Shown in pieces: positions 26,787-36,575 of a stretch of 64,000 nt of DNA (the stretch's first letter is position 1; each line of letters starts with the position of its first letter). The position numbers and the translations under genes are program-made. The DNA is taken from assembly GCA_026986575.1 (NCBI GenBank), contig JALSOH010000004.1, forward strand, positions 96,001 through 160,000. The letters run 5' to 3'. Source of the stretch: Thermoproteota archaeon. Its GTDB lineage: Archaea; Korarchaeota; Korarchaeia; Korarchaeales; Korarchaeaceae. The notes under the pieces were generated by a model. That model had not been told where the DNA came from and made no database searches. It saw only the letters and a list, made by a program, of their open reading frames with translations.

Positions 26787-28315
26787 ACAGGAGATACGTG
26801 CAGGCCAAGTGGCAACTCAGCGAGGGAGTCCTAGAACCCACCGTCTTCGAGTTAGGGGAAATTGAAAAGGGGGGTGTCGTAGTCGCTAAAGTGGAGGACG
26901 AGCTACGGAGAGAGGTGGGAGAGCTGGAGGATTTGATTCCCCGGGATCTCCAGAGAGGAGCTATAGGATTGCCTGGACTGACCGAGCCGGAGGTGGCCAG
27001 GCACTACAGTCATCTAGCTCAGATGAACTACGGGGTCGACAGCGGCCCTTACTGGTTAGGCTCGTGTACTATGAAGTACACGCCCAAGGTCGTGATGAAG
27101 CTGGAGTCCCATCAATCCCTCAGGAACGCACATCCCTATGCTCCCGAGGAGACTGTTCAGGGAATACTGGAGGTCCTCTACGAGCTTCAGAAGATGCTTT
27201 CCTCAATAACGGGATTGCCCAAGTTCACTCTACAGCCAGCAGCGGGAGCTCACGGTGAGCTAGTCGGGGCCCTGATCATAAGAAAGAGGTTTCTTGACCT
27301 AGGGGAAAGAAGAGATGAGATCCTCATCCCGGAATCTGCTCATGGATCCAACTTCGCCAGTGCAGCGATGGCAGGATTCAAGGTGGTCAGGATTCCGCCC
27401 TCCGAGGAAGGCACCGTGGACATGGGGGCATTGAGAGCGGCTATAAGCGAGAGAACTGCTGGAATGATGATAACCAACCCTAACACACTGGGCATATTCG
27501 AGAGCGATATACTGGAGATAGCAGATCTCCTACACTCCAATGGTAGCTACCTCTACTACGATGGAGCGAACCTGAACGCGATAATGGGGTGGGTACGCTT
27601 ATCAGATATGGGGGTCGATCTAGCCCATCTTAACATACATAAGACCTTCAGCGCGCCTCATGGTGGGGGAGGCCCGGGTGCTGGAGCTGTTGGAGTTATA
27701 GAGGAGCTAGCCGATTATCTCCCCGTCCCCTTGATAGTGAGAGAAGGTGACACCTATCGCCTAGACTACGACCTCCCCAAGAGCATAGGGAGGGTCAGGA
27801 TGTTTCACGGAAATATAGGTGTCCTCGTGAAGGCGTGGGGTTATCTAAAACTGCTAGGAAGCGAGGGTGTGAGGCTCTCATCGGGAATAGCTGTTCTTAA
27901 TGCGAATTACGTCAGGAAGAGGCTCATGGACATGGGGTTTGAGGTTCCTTACGGGAAGGACAGGCCGTGTAAGCACGAGTTCGTTATATCTCTGTCCAAG
28001 TTCAGGAGGGAGTACGGGGTCAGGGCGCTCGACTTCGCCAAGGCGTTGATGGACAGAGGGGTGCATCCACCGACCATGTACTTCCCGCCCATAGTTCAGG
28101 AGGCATTCATGATGGAGCCCACGGAATCGGATAGCTTGGAAGAGCTGGATGCCTACGTGAATGCCATGGGTGAGCTCGCCGATCTGGCTAGGAGGGATCC
28201 AGATGATTTGCTTAGCGCTCCCAAGAACACAGCTATTGGTAGGATCGATGATTCATTCGCAAACAAGAGATTGTGGTTATCTTGGAAGATATATAAGGAG
28301 AGAGAGGACAGCTAA
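26783..28315 (+). CDS. gcvPB: Glycine dehydrogenase subunit 2
   Basis: GSCTMKY, QPAAGAHGE, HLNIHKTFS.PHGGGGPG. Confidence 0.95.
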   Translation: MNRRYVQAKWQLSEGVLEPTVFELGEIEKGGVVVAKVEDELRREVGELEDLIPRDLQRGAIGLPGLTEPEVARHYSHLAQMNYGVDSGPYWLGSCTMKYTPKVVMKLESHQSLRNAHPYAPEETVQGILEVLYELQKMLSSITGLPKFTLQPAAGAHGELVGALIIRKRFLDLGERRDEILIPESAHGSNFASAAMAGFKVVRIPPSEEGTVDMGALRAAISERTAGMMITNPNTLGIFESDILEIADLLHSNGSYLYYDGANLNAIMGWVRLSDMGVDLAHLNIHKTFSAPHGGGGPGAGAVGVIEELADYLPVPLIVREGDTYRLDYDLPKSIGRVRMFHGNIGVLVKAWGYLKLLGSEGVRLSSGIAVLNANYVRKRLMDMGFEVPYGKDRPCKHEFVISLSKFRREYGVRALDFAKALMDRGVHPPTMYFPPIVQEAFMMEPTESDSLEELDAYVNAMGELADLARRDPDDLLSAPKNTAIGRIDDSFANKRLWLSWKIYKEREDS

Positions 28316-29218
28316 TACAACCTCGATCCCGAGAATAACTTTCACCAGCTCGTACTCCCTATTAACCCCTATTTTGATGAGGAACCACGCCAGCGACTTA
28401 TTTGGTGGAGGGATAAGGATCCCATCAGGTTCGACCCTAGCGGGGATCTTCTTCCCTGTTCTCCCCCAGCTTACGAGTTTCAGAAGGAAATCGAATCCGT
28501 GGGGAATGGTCATTATTATTAGGGGCCAATAAATTCCTCTTTGAGCTGAAATGAAGCCTATAAATCCTCCTAAGAGGAATGTCAGGATATTACCCGGAAA
28601 CACTTTGGCGGGATACCAGTTGTAGGGAAGGAAGGCCAGTATAGCGGACAGTGAGATCAGCAGGATGATCCCGTAGGCGTCACCCCTTGCGAGTAATAGA
28701 ATCGATAACGCTAGGTATATTATGAAGGAGGACCCTGCTTCGAGGCCGTTGAATCCAGCCAGAGTGTTGAAGGCGTTGGTCACGTAGATCCCGAATAGGG
28801 TCGCCGCAACTATCTGAAGGAACGGATCTTGGTGGAAGGGTGGGAATGGCTTCAGTGAGCTGTGAAACACGAGAAAGGGTACACCAGATAATACGATCTT
28901 CTCTATATTCCTAAGGCCGATAAAGTCGTCTATAAGTCCCATTGAGGCGGAAAAGACTGCAACAGTAATCAAAGGGTAAGCTTCGATTGAAGGAATTATG
29001 GATGTTGCTGGTAAGACCCCTATTAAGGTGAATGCCGCTGGTAACCCCCCTATCTTGGCTCCCCACTTTTCACGAGGTTTATGGAGATCCCTCGAAACGA
29101 GTTTCCTCCTCCTAGAGATCTTCTCCCAAGTCCCGGTAAGTAGGTAGGTGACTGTGAAGCTTGACAATATCAGACATACGCTGGCGATGATGCTGACGAT
29201 CGGATCGGCTGGAAGCAT
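28277..29218 (-). CDS. Polyprenyl-phosphate HexNAc-1-P transferase (GT4; MraY/GPT/AglH-like)
   Basis: D.HK, GLIDD, NAFNTLAGFNGLEAG, YNWYPAKVFPGN. Confidence 0.88.
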   Translation of the reverse strand: MLPADPIVSIIASVCLILSSFTVTYLLTGTWEKISRRRKLVSRDLHKPREKWGAKIGGLPAAFTLIGVLPATSIIPSIEAYPLITVAVFSASMGLIDDFIGLRNIEKIVLSGVPFLVFHSSLKPFPPFHQDPFLQIVAATLFGIYVTNAFNTLAGFNGLEAGSSFIIYLALSILLLARGDAYGIILLISLSAILAFLPYNWYPAKVFPGNILTFLLGGFIGFISAQRGIYWPLIIMTIPHGFDFLLKLVSWGRTGKKIPARVEPDGILIPPPNKSLAWFLIKIGVNREYELVKVILGIEVVLAVLSLLIYLPR

Positions 29219-29255
29219 CTTTTTATCGGTGCTCATCGGTTGGCTAATGATAAAA

Positions 29256-30242
29256 ATGCTTACTTGGATCTCCCTAACAACGCTTGCGATGGTGCTATCC
29301 CTCGTCACGTCCGAGCTGTTTCATCGGACTTTGATACCTAGGCTGGTGAGCAGGGGATATGTTTCCGAAGATGTCCACAAACCGAGTAGGCCTAAGATCC
29401 CGGAGCCAGCGGGACCCGCGGTCTATTTGTCCTTCGCCATATCTATGATGGTTGTATCGCATCTGGCTGGCAGCGTGGCACTTGAAGGAGTTGTCGCCTC
29501 AACCGGGTTGGCCTTCCTCATTGGGCTGCTGGATGATCTGTCCCCTCTAGGTCCCAAGACTAAACCTCTACTCCTGATCGTGCCTGCCCTCCTATTAGCG
29601 GTAAGTGGAGAGATAGTTCCTAGGCCCTACTTGCCCATACTAGGTAGAGCGAGGCTTTACTACATCTACTGGATCGTGCTAGCCATCATGTTCACCGTTT
29701 TCTCCAATGGTGTTAACATGATGGATGCGCTCAACGGGATGATGCCCTCCTCTGTCTTCGCTTCTACCCTGCCCCTATTGCCTGTGCTGATCACACTGGG
29801 CAGCCACACGGGCCTGCTATCGCTCACCACCCTGTATGGATCCCTGATACCCTACTACATAAGGAACAGGTACCCAGCCAAGGCATTTGGTGGCGACTCC
29901 AATTCCCTTTTCGTCGGAGCCGCTCTCGCCTCGGTAGCGGCAATATCCAACACCGAGGCCTTCTTCGCCATATCGCTACTCCCATTCATGGTTTCGGGTT
30001 TCTCCATTCTGGCCTCGATAGGGGGGTTGCTGGAGAGGAGGGATATAAGGGTCCGGCCCGTCATTGTGGAAGGAGGGGTTATAAGAGCAAATCCCAGTAA
30101 AGAGGCACCAATCTCCCTCATAGCCATACTGACGAGTTACGAGGGTAAAGTTGAACCTCGTATAGTTAAGGAGGTCGTCGTGATATCACTGATCTCAGGG
30201 CTGCTTTCATGCTTCACATTCTTCTTCCTCACCCCGAGGTGA
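29256..30242 (+). CDS. Polyprenyl-phosphate HexNAc-1-P transferase (GT4; MraY/GPT/AglH-like), second paralog
   Basis: DVHKP..P.IPEPAG, GLLDD, NGVNMMDALNG, RYPAKAFGGD. Confidence 0.88.
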   Translation: MLTWISLTTLAMVLSLVTSELFHRTLIPRLVSRGYVSEDVHKPSRPKIPEPAGPAVYLSFAISMMVVSHLAGSVALEGVVASTGLAFLIGLLDDLSPLGPKTKPLLLIVPALLLAVSGEIVPRPYLPILGRARLYYIYWIVLAIMFTVFSNGVNMMDALNGMMPSSVFASTLPLLPVLITLGSHTGLLSLTTLYGSLIPYYIRNRYPAKAFGGDSNSLFVGAALASVAAISNTEAFFAISLLPFMVSGFSILASIGGLLERRDIRVRPVIVEGGVIRANPSKEAPISLIAILTSYEGKVEPRIVKEVVVISLISGLLSCFTFFFLTPR

Positions 30243-30247
30243 GGATC

Positions 30248-30502
30248 GTGGATAAGGGGTTTCTCCTAGCCATCTATAGCGTTGTATCTGGATGGGTACT
30301 CATCTTGATGTCACTATCCTTGATTAAAGTGCTGATCACGACTTTGGGGACTAAGGGGTTCCTCATCGCCCTAACAGAGGCCGTAGTTGGCTTCCTAGCT
30401 CTAGGAGGGGCTCTCTATCTGTGGTATCTCACGCTCAGAGCACTGTTCCTAAAGGTAAAATCAACACTGGAGGAGGGCAATGGTGGGCCCGGGGGGACTT
30501 GA
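30248..30502 (+). CDS. Small membrane protein
   Basis: Two hydrophobic segments; gaggtg SD. Confidence 0.55.
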   Translation: MDKGFLLAIYSVVSGWVLILMSLSLIKVLITTLGTKGFLIALTEAVVGFLALGGALYLWYLTLRALFLKVKSTLEEGNGGPGGT

Positions 30503-30591
30503 ACCCCCGACCTCCCGCTTCTCCTCTGGGGTCCCTGTAGCGGGAGCCGCCATATAAGGCGGGCGCTCTATCCAGTCTGAGCCACGGGCCC
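30481..30591 (-). tRNA. tRNA-Ile(UAU) with 33-nt intron (30520-30552)
   Basis: Body nearly identical to tRNA-Ile(GAU) at 2237; cccgc-ct-TAT-a[intron]a-gcggg; CCA encoded. Confidence 0.88.
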
Positions 30592-30654
30592 CAGCCCTGA
30601 TCGATAAGGCACTGGACCTATATATAAGGATTAGCTAGGCTTCATAGAGATGGC

Positions 30655-31332
30655 ATGAGTTCGACTACCTCGGAACCCGCCCATAAAGTGTGGATAGAGG
30701 AGCTCAGAGAGGGCAGATTCGAGGATATATCGATCAATCAGGTGCGCTACTTCCGATTATCTTGGGGGAGCGTCTCTAAGGTGAGAGTGATGGGATTGGT
30801 CATCAATTCATGGATGAATGACGATGGCACCTTCGCGTGGATAGAGGTACACGATGGTAGCGGAAGCATTCAAGTTAAGGCTTGGGAGGAGGATATAGAT
30901 AGGATCACAGATCCTGACACTGGTAAGTTGTTGGGAACCGGTTCCTTGGTCGATGTTATAGGCAGGATAAGGAGCTGGAGGGACACCCTCTACCTCTATC
31001 CCATCCTCGTGATCAAGATAAAGGATCCTAATGCCATTTTTCTCAGAGAATTAGAGGTTTTACGGCGGAAATTGAGGTATCAGACTCCCCCTAGAGGCGT
31101 TTCTACGGCGGAAGCCCCTAACTTAAGGACCATAATTAAGCTGCTCAAGGAGATAGGCCCCCTAGATAGTAGGGAGATGGCCGATCTCCTCAAGGTTGAT
31201 GAGAGTCAGCTCATCGTCCAGCTCCATGAGCTGGAGGACTTAGGTTTAATATACAAAGATAACGGAAAATACGTGTACGTTGGATGGGGTGATAAACATG
31301 TCAAGCAAAGAGGAGTACCTAGAGATGCTTAG
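30655..31332 (+). CDS. RPA32-like OB-fold + winged-helix ssDNA-binding protein
   Basis: KVRVMGLV, DGSGSIQV, VDVIG.IR; C-terminal wHTH. Confidence 0.75.
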   Translation: MSSTTSEPAHKVWIEELREGRFEDISINQVRYFRLSWGSVSKVRVMGLVINSWMNDDGTFAWIEVHDGSGSIQVKAWEEDIDRITDPDTGKLLGTGSLVDVIGRIRSWRDTLYLYPILVIKIKDPNAIFLRELEVLRRKLRYQTPPRGVSTAEAPNLRTIIKLLKEIGPLDSREMADLLKVDESQLIVQLHELEDLGLIYKDNGKYVYVGWGDKHVKQRGVPRDA

Positions 31333-31720
31333 GGAAGCTAGGGAGCAGTTACCTGCCGTCGTGGTTAGCGGGGAGAGGTTCACACCTCCTAAGCCCATAA
31401 TTGCGATAGAAGGCAAGCAAACTCACATAGTCAATTTCAAGGAGATAACCACCGCCTTAAACAGGGATCCCAAGCTCCTAGCTAGATATCTGTCCAAAGA
31501 ATTGGGCTCTCCCTACTTCCTAACCGAGGATGGTAGGAAACTCATACTGAGTAGGAGGATAGATCCCAGACAGGTGGAGAACAGGGTAGAGAGATTCATT
31601 AGAACTTACGTGATATGCCCTCACTGCGGGAGGCCAGACACGGTCATAGTGAAGATCAAGAAGGCTTGGGTCCTCAGGTGCCAGGCTTGCGGTGCGGAGA
31701 CCCCGATACCTAAGATTTGA
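31298..31720 (+). CDS. eif2b: Translation initiation factor aIF2 beta
   Basis: ERF..P, NF.EI..LNR, YVICPHCGRPDT...CQACGA. Confidence 0.95.
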   Translation: MSSKEEYLEMLREAREQLPAVVVSGERFTPPKPIIAIEGKQTHIVNFKEITTALNRDPKLLARYLSKELGSPYFLTEDGRKLILSRRIDPRQVENRVERFIRTYVICPHCGRPDTVIVKIKKAWVLRCQACGAETPIPKI

Positions 31721-31731
31721 GGGGGGATCAT

Positions 31732-32097
31732 TTGCCCAAGAAGAAGGCTGCCAAGAAGAAGAAAGGGAGCGACATCGAGAGATCCTTAGATGCCGAGATG
31801 GAGGAGCTCCTTCCCGTCGAGGAGGAGCTCGAGATCTTCGGTAGGGTACTGGAGCCACTGGGGAAGGGACACTTCAGAGTGGAGTGCGCAGACGGGGCCA
31901 TCAGGGTGTGCAGGGTAAGAGGCAAACTTAGAGGGAGGAGATCTTGGATAAAGAGGGGAGACATCGTACTCGTGTCAATATGGCCCTTCAGGAAGGATAG
32001 GGGTGACATAGTGGTAAGATACACACACCAACAGGTTCAGTGGCTGGTGGAGAAGGGATACATACCCGAGGACTGGGCGCTCTATAAGGAGGGCTGA
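31732..32097 (+). CDS. eif1a: Translation initiation factor aIF1A
   Basis: LG..F.V.CADG..RVCRVRGK..WIKRGDIVLV..W. Confidence 0.95.
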   Translation: MPKKKAAKKKKGSDIERSLDAEMEELLPVEEELEIFGRVLEPLGKGHFRVECADGAIRVCRVRGKLRGRRSWIKRGDIVLVSIWPFRKDRGDIVVRYTHQQVQWLVEKGYIPEDWALYKEG

Positions 32098-32115
32098 TTC
32101 GAGGGAGATTTCAGC

Positions 32116-32904
32116 TTGTCCGACAGGTTCGAGGAGCTGGAGGAGAGGATAGAAGAACTGCTGGAGAAGGATCGCGGCAAGAAGAGGATTAAAGATGAAG
32201 AGTATTTCAAGGTAAGGCAATTGGCCTTCGATAACAGGACGATAAGGTCCCTCCTGAAGCTGTTCAATAAGGGAGTGCTGGACGATCTGACATGGGTCAT
32301 CAGCGCTGGAAAGGAATCCCTTGTCTTGGCCGGAAGGGGACCCGAGGGCGAGCTAGCGATCAAAATATACAGGATCTATACAGCTAATTTCAGGAAGTAC
32401 TTGGACTACATCATAGGAGACCATAGATTTCCTCCTGTCAAGGATCGAGACAAAATCATACCCCTGTGGGCGAAGAAGGAGTTTAGAAACCTCAAGAGAC
32501 TGAGGGATGTGGGAGTGAGGGTGCCCAAGCCCGTAGATGTTGTAGGGAACGTACTGGTGATGGGGTTCATAGGCAGAGAGGGGGTACCTGCCCCTCTCCT
32601 GAAGGACACTGATCTAGAGGATCCTGAGAGATACCTCAAGGAGATACTTGAGGATATAAGGAAGTCTTACGTAAAGGCTGACCTAGTGCACGGGGATCTC
32701 AGCGAGTATAACGTGATGGTGTGGGAGGACCATCCTTGGATCATAGATGTGTCCCAAGCGGTGGTCACAGTGCACCCTTTATCCTTCTCATTGCTCCTAA
32801 GGGACTTGGAGAGGGTCACCTCATTTTTTAAAAAGCGATACCGGATAGATGTCCCGGACCCTTACAAGCTTGCCGAGGAGCTTGCTAGGACTAAGGAAGT
32901 TTGA
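32116..32904 (+). CDS. rio1: Rio1 atypical kinase
   Basis: ISAGKES, AIKIY, WAKKEFRNL, LVHGDLSEYN, IIDVSQ. Confidence 0.95.
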   Translation: MSDRFEELEERIEELLEKDRGKKRIKDEEYFKVRQLAFDNRTIRSLLKLFNKGVLDDLTWVISAGKESLVLAGRGPEGELAIKIYRIYTANFRKYLDYIIGDHRFPPVKDRDKIIPLWAKKEFRNLKRLRDVGVRVPKPVDVVGNVLVMGFIGREGVPAPLLKDTDLEDPERYLKEILEDIRKSYVKADLVHGDLSEYNVMVWEDHPWIIDVSQAVVTVHPLSFSLLLRDLERVTSFFKKRYRIDVPDPYKLAEELARTKEV

Positions 32905-32919
32905 GAGGGGGTCTTACTC

Positions 32920-33516
32920 TTGCAGGAGATCAGGGTCAGGATACCAAAAGACAGGATAGGAGTTCTGATAGGCAAGAGGGGTTCCACCAAGGCCATGATA
33001 GAGGAGCTCACCGGAGCCGAGATTGTGGTCGACAGCGGGACTGGAGAGGTCCTAATAAGGTTCCCTGATATTCCGGAGGATCCTCTAATGCCGATGAAGC
33101 TCGAATCTGTGATAAGGGCGATAGGCAGAGGTTTCAATCCTGAGATAGCGCTGAAGCTCCTGCAGGACGACTATGTGCTCGAGATCATAGATATAAGGAG
33201 GTTTGTTGGTGCTAGGAAGAATGCTTTGAAGAGAATGAGAGGGAGGCTAATCGGAGAGAAGGGGAAGGCTCGTTCCTACATAGAGAGCAGGACCAACACA
33301 CATATATCGGTTTACGGGCATACTGTCTCCATAATCGGAAGGACGTACGACGTCGTAGCCGCTAGAGAAGCGGTGTTCTCGCTGCTGGAGGGATCTATGC
33401 ACTCCACGGCCTACAGGGCCATGGAGAAGAAGATAGCTGAAATGAGTAAGAGGGCAATGCTCGATGAGAGTCTGCTGAGGAAGGCCCTCAAGGAGACTAT
33501 GAACGAGGAGAAGTGA
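32920..33516 (+). CDS. KH-domain rRNA processing protein Dim2/Pno1
   Basis: RIGVLIGK.G, AIGRGF, GRLIG..GK, GSMH. Confidence 0.93.
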   Translation: MQEIRVRIPKDRIGVLIGKRGSTKAMIEELTGAEIVVDSGTGEVLIRFPDIPEDPLMPMKLESVIRAIGRGFNPEIALKLLQDDYVLEIIDIRRFVGARKNALKRMRGRLIGEKGKARSYIESRTNTHISVYGHTVSIIGRTYDVVAAREAVFSLLEGSMHSTAYRAMEKKIAEMSKRAMLDESLLRKALKETMNEEK

Positions 33517-33527
33517 GAGGTGTTTCT

Positions 33528-35090
33528 ATGTCCGAGGATGTGAGGCTCGAGGAGATAAGTGCTGCGGATTTCTTCTACAGAAATAAATCCTTAGCCGGGT
33601 TCGACAATCCTGTCAGAGCTACTTATACGATAGTCAGAGAGCTGGTGGAGAATGCTCTAGATGCGGCGGAGATGGCGGAAAATCCTCCGAAGATACAGGT
33701 AGTGATGGCTGGGTACAAGGAGAGGGACATGGGGTCCCTGCCCTGGTATAGGATAGTTGTCGCAGACAACGGAATAGGGTTAGGGCCAGATGAGATACCT
33801 AGAGCCTTCGGCAGAGTCTTCGTCAGTTCCAAATACAGGCTGATCCAGAGCAGAGGTACCTTCGGTCTCGGAGGAACTATGGCCCTCCTTTACGGGCAGA
33901 TAACTACGAATATGCCGTTCAAGGTAACGTCAGCTAAGAAGGGAGAGCCCGTTTATGAGATAACCATGATGATAGACATTCAGAAGAACGAGCCTGTGGT
34001 ACTGGACAGGAGGGTCTTAAAGGGCATATCTAGGGCTTCCTTCACTGTAGTGGAATCCTACTTCGAGGGTAATTACCCCAGGGCCAAGAGGAAGATAATA
34101 GATTACCTGCACCAGACGGCCATAGTCGTCCCCTACGCGGACATCACCTTCATGGACCCGGAAGGGAACTTCTACGTATTCCCCCGAAGTACTGACAGGC
34201 TGCCTCCCCGACCAAAGGAGGCGCTATATCATCCAAAGGGAGTGGATTTAGAGCTATTACAGAGGCTGCTGCAGGCAACGAAGGCACGCACCCTCAAGTC
34301 GTTCTTGACTAGGCACTTCCAGAGGGTAGGGGGTAAGACCGCCAGCGAGGTCCTGAAGATAGCTGGCTTGCCTCCAGATAAGAAGCCCTCCAAACTCACG
34401 AAGGAGGAGATAGAGAGGCTGTTTCGTGCGTTGAAGAGTTACGACAAGTTCCTCCCTCCCGACCCCAGCGTCCTATCTCCCCTAGGAGCGGACCTATTCG
34501 AGTCGGGTATAAAGAAGGAGTTGCGGCCTGAGTTCGTCAAAGCAGTTCAGAGACCGCCTTCAGTTTACGAGGCTCACCCTTTCATAGTAGAGACCGCCAT
34601 AGCCTATGGAGGGCAAATAAGACCTACGGGGGAGATACAGCTGTATAGGTACGCCAACAGGATACCCCTCCTCTACGACGTTTCAAGCGATGTATCATAC
34701 CAGATAATTAAGAGAATAGACTGGAGTAATTACGGCATAAAGAGTCCCGAGGATGAGCCGATCGTCTTCTTCGTTCACATAGTCTCCACTAAGGTTCCGT
34801 TTAAGACCGTAGGTAAGGAGTTCATAGCTAACGTACCTGAGGTGGCCAAGGAGATCGAGCTGGGGCTGAGAAACTGTGCTAGAGACCTGAGGATCTTCCT
34901 GAGTCGTAAGAGAAGGAAGGAGATGCTAAGAAGGAGGTACGAGTTGTTCAGGATGTACTACCAGATAATAGCGGAGACCTTGGAGGAATTGCTCGGTGAG
35001 CGCCCTCCCGTGGAGAATCTGCTGGATAAGTTGAGGGTTAAAGTAGGTGATGAGGATGGAGGAGATGGAGGTCAAGAAGAGAGCCCTTGA
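33528..35090 (+). CDS. top6B: DNA topoisomerase VI subunit B
   Basis: ELVENALDA, DNGIG, QSRGTFGLG, RYANRIPLL, STKVPF. Confidence 0.97.
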   Translation: MSEDVRLEEISAADFFYRNKSLAGFDNPVRATYTIVRELVENALDAAEMAENPPKIQVVMAGYKERDMGSLPWYRIVVADNGIGLGPDEIPRAFGRVFVSSKYRLIQSRGTFGLGGTMALLYGQITTNMPFKVTSAKKGEPVYEITMMIDIQKNEPVVLDRRVLKGISRASFTVVESYFEGNYPRAKRKIIDYLHQTAIVVPYADITFMDPEGNFYVFPRSTDRLPPRPKEALYHPKGVDLELLQRLLQATKARTLKSFLTRHFQRVGGKTASEVLKIAGLPPDKKPSKLTKEEIERLFRALKSYDKFLPPDPSVLSPLGADLFESGIKKELRPEFVKAVQRPPSVYEAHPFIVETAIAYGGQIRPTGEIQLYRYANRIPLLYDVSSDVSYQIIKRIDWSNYGIKSPEDEPIVFFVHIVSTKVPFKTVGKEFIANVPEVAKEIELGLRNCARDLRIFLSRKRRKEMLRRRYELFRMYYQIIAETLEELLGERPPVENLLDKLRVKVGDEDGGDGGQEESP

Positions 35091-36156
35091 GCTAGCCAAG
35101 GAGATTGCCGAGAGGATAAAGCAGGGAGAGTTCCCCGAGATAGAATATCCCCCGAACAGTCAGAAGAACATACTGTTCGATGAGGACATAGGCTACATAT
35201 TCAGCCCCAAGACCTACAGTAAGATAAGAGGTTCTAGAGTGAAGAGTCTCAAGACTCTGGCTGGCGTCCTGTACGGACTGAGCAGGGCGCTAGATCACCT
35301 AGAGAACGGACTTACCATGACAAAAAGGGATTTCTACTATGTGCATAAAGTGGAGAGGCTCAAGGGAACTCTCTTTCCCGAGGATCAGAGGGAAACTGAT
35401 GCCAGAATAGTGCTTATGGAACTCATACTCGGAATGCCTAGGGAGGCCTTTTCCATAACAAGCGATCCCAGGGGATGGATCTACGGAGATATAGAGCTCA
35501 TTGACAGATCAGGAAGAATCCTGAGAGCCGATCAGGTGGGAGAGATGGGGTATTCCGTACCACCGAGGCCTGAGAACATAAAGTTCAAGAGGATTGGTGT
35601 CAAGGCAGTCGTCGCCATAGAGAAGGTGGGTCCTGCCAAGAACATGATCGAGTTAGGTATCCCCGAGGAGAGAAAGATCGCCATCGCGATTTTACAGGGA
35701 CAGGCTTCTAGGAGCATGAGGAGATTCCTGAGGATGCTATCTGATGAAGGGGTCCCAATTGCTATACTCACGGACTTGTCCCCTTGGTCCCTCAGGATAG
35801 CGGCCACCGTGATATACAACAGCATAAATTCCGCCCACATACCTTATCTAGCGTCTCCTGAGGCTAGATTCATTGGCATACTCACGAAGGATGTAGAGGT
35901 GGGGTTCTTCAGGGATTATCAGTTCGCCCTCGAACCCCTCACTCCCGCGGATCTCAAGGCCGCTCAGGACAATCAGTTCCTTCCCAACCTCCAGAACGAG
36001 TTCTGGCAGAGGGAGAATAGGTGGTTCTTGGAGAAAAAGAAGAAGGCAGAGATAGAGATATTTAAGGCCATGAGTCCCACTGCCAAGAAGCTGAAGGAAC
36101 TATTCGTCGAGTACTTGAGGGAGAAGCTGGATGAACACTTGGGAATAAGTATCTGA
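35050..36156 (+). CDS. top6A: DNA topoisomerase VI subunit A
   Basis: KRDFYY catalytic Tyr, IEK, GQ, KAEIE; follows top6B. Confidence 0.92.
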   Translation: MRMEEMEVKKRALELAKEIAERIKQGEFPEIEYPPNSQKNILFDEDIGYIFSPKTYSKIRGSRVKSLKTLAGVLYGLSRALDHLENGLTMTKRDFYYVHKVERLKGTLFPEDQRETDARIVLMELILGMPREAFSITSDPRGWIYGDIELIDRSGRILRADQVGEMGYSVPPRPENIKFKRIGVKAVVAIEKVGPAKNMIELGIPEERKIAIAILQGQASRSMRRFLRMLSDEGVPIAILTDLSPWSLRIAATVIYNSINSAHIPYLASPEARFIGILTKDVEVGFFRDYQFALEPLTPADLKAAQDNQFLPNLQNEFWQRENRWFLEKKKKAEIEIFKAMSPTAKKLKELFVEYLREKLDEHLGISI

Positions 36157-36252
36157 TCCTCACTCTCCTATCTTCAATTCGAGAATTAGGGTCTCTCCTC
36201 GACGAGGGGCCTCATAACATTTTTATTGGGGTTATACTTATAGGTGGATTGG

Positions 36253-36330
36253 GCTCCGGTGGTGTAGCCCGGTCAAGCATAGGGGCCTTTCGAGCCCCAG
36301 ACCCGGGTTCAAATCCCGGCCGGAGCACCA
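36253..36330 (+). tRNA. tRNA-Glu(UUC)
   Basis: ggggc-ct-TTC-ga-gcccc; CCA encoded. Confidence 0.95.
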
Positions 36331-36420
36331 GCGGGGGTAGCCAAGCCAGGTCCAAGGCGCCGGATTCAGGGTCCGGTGGGCGTCAGGCCCGCGTGGGTTC
36401 GAATCCCACCCCCCGCACCA
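36331..36420 (+). tRNA. tRNA-Leu(CAG)
   Basis: ccgga-tt-CAG-gg-tccgg, long variable arm; CCA encoded. Confidence 0.95.
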
Positions 36421-36464
36421 CTTGTGATCAAATTTTATAGGGAGGATGATAACTAACCTGTCGA

Positions 36465-36540
36465 AGCCCCGTGGTGTAGCGGCCAAGCACGCCGGGCTTT
36501 GAACCCGGAGACCCCGGTTCGAATCCGGGCGGGGCTACCA
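36465..36540 (+). tRNA. tRNA-Gln(UUG)
   Basis: ccggg-ct-TTG-aa-cccgg; A1-U72. Confidence 0.95.
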
Positions 36541-36575
36541 CCTCCCCCTTCCCTTCCTCCAACCATCCTAAGTGA

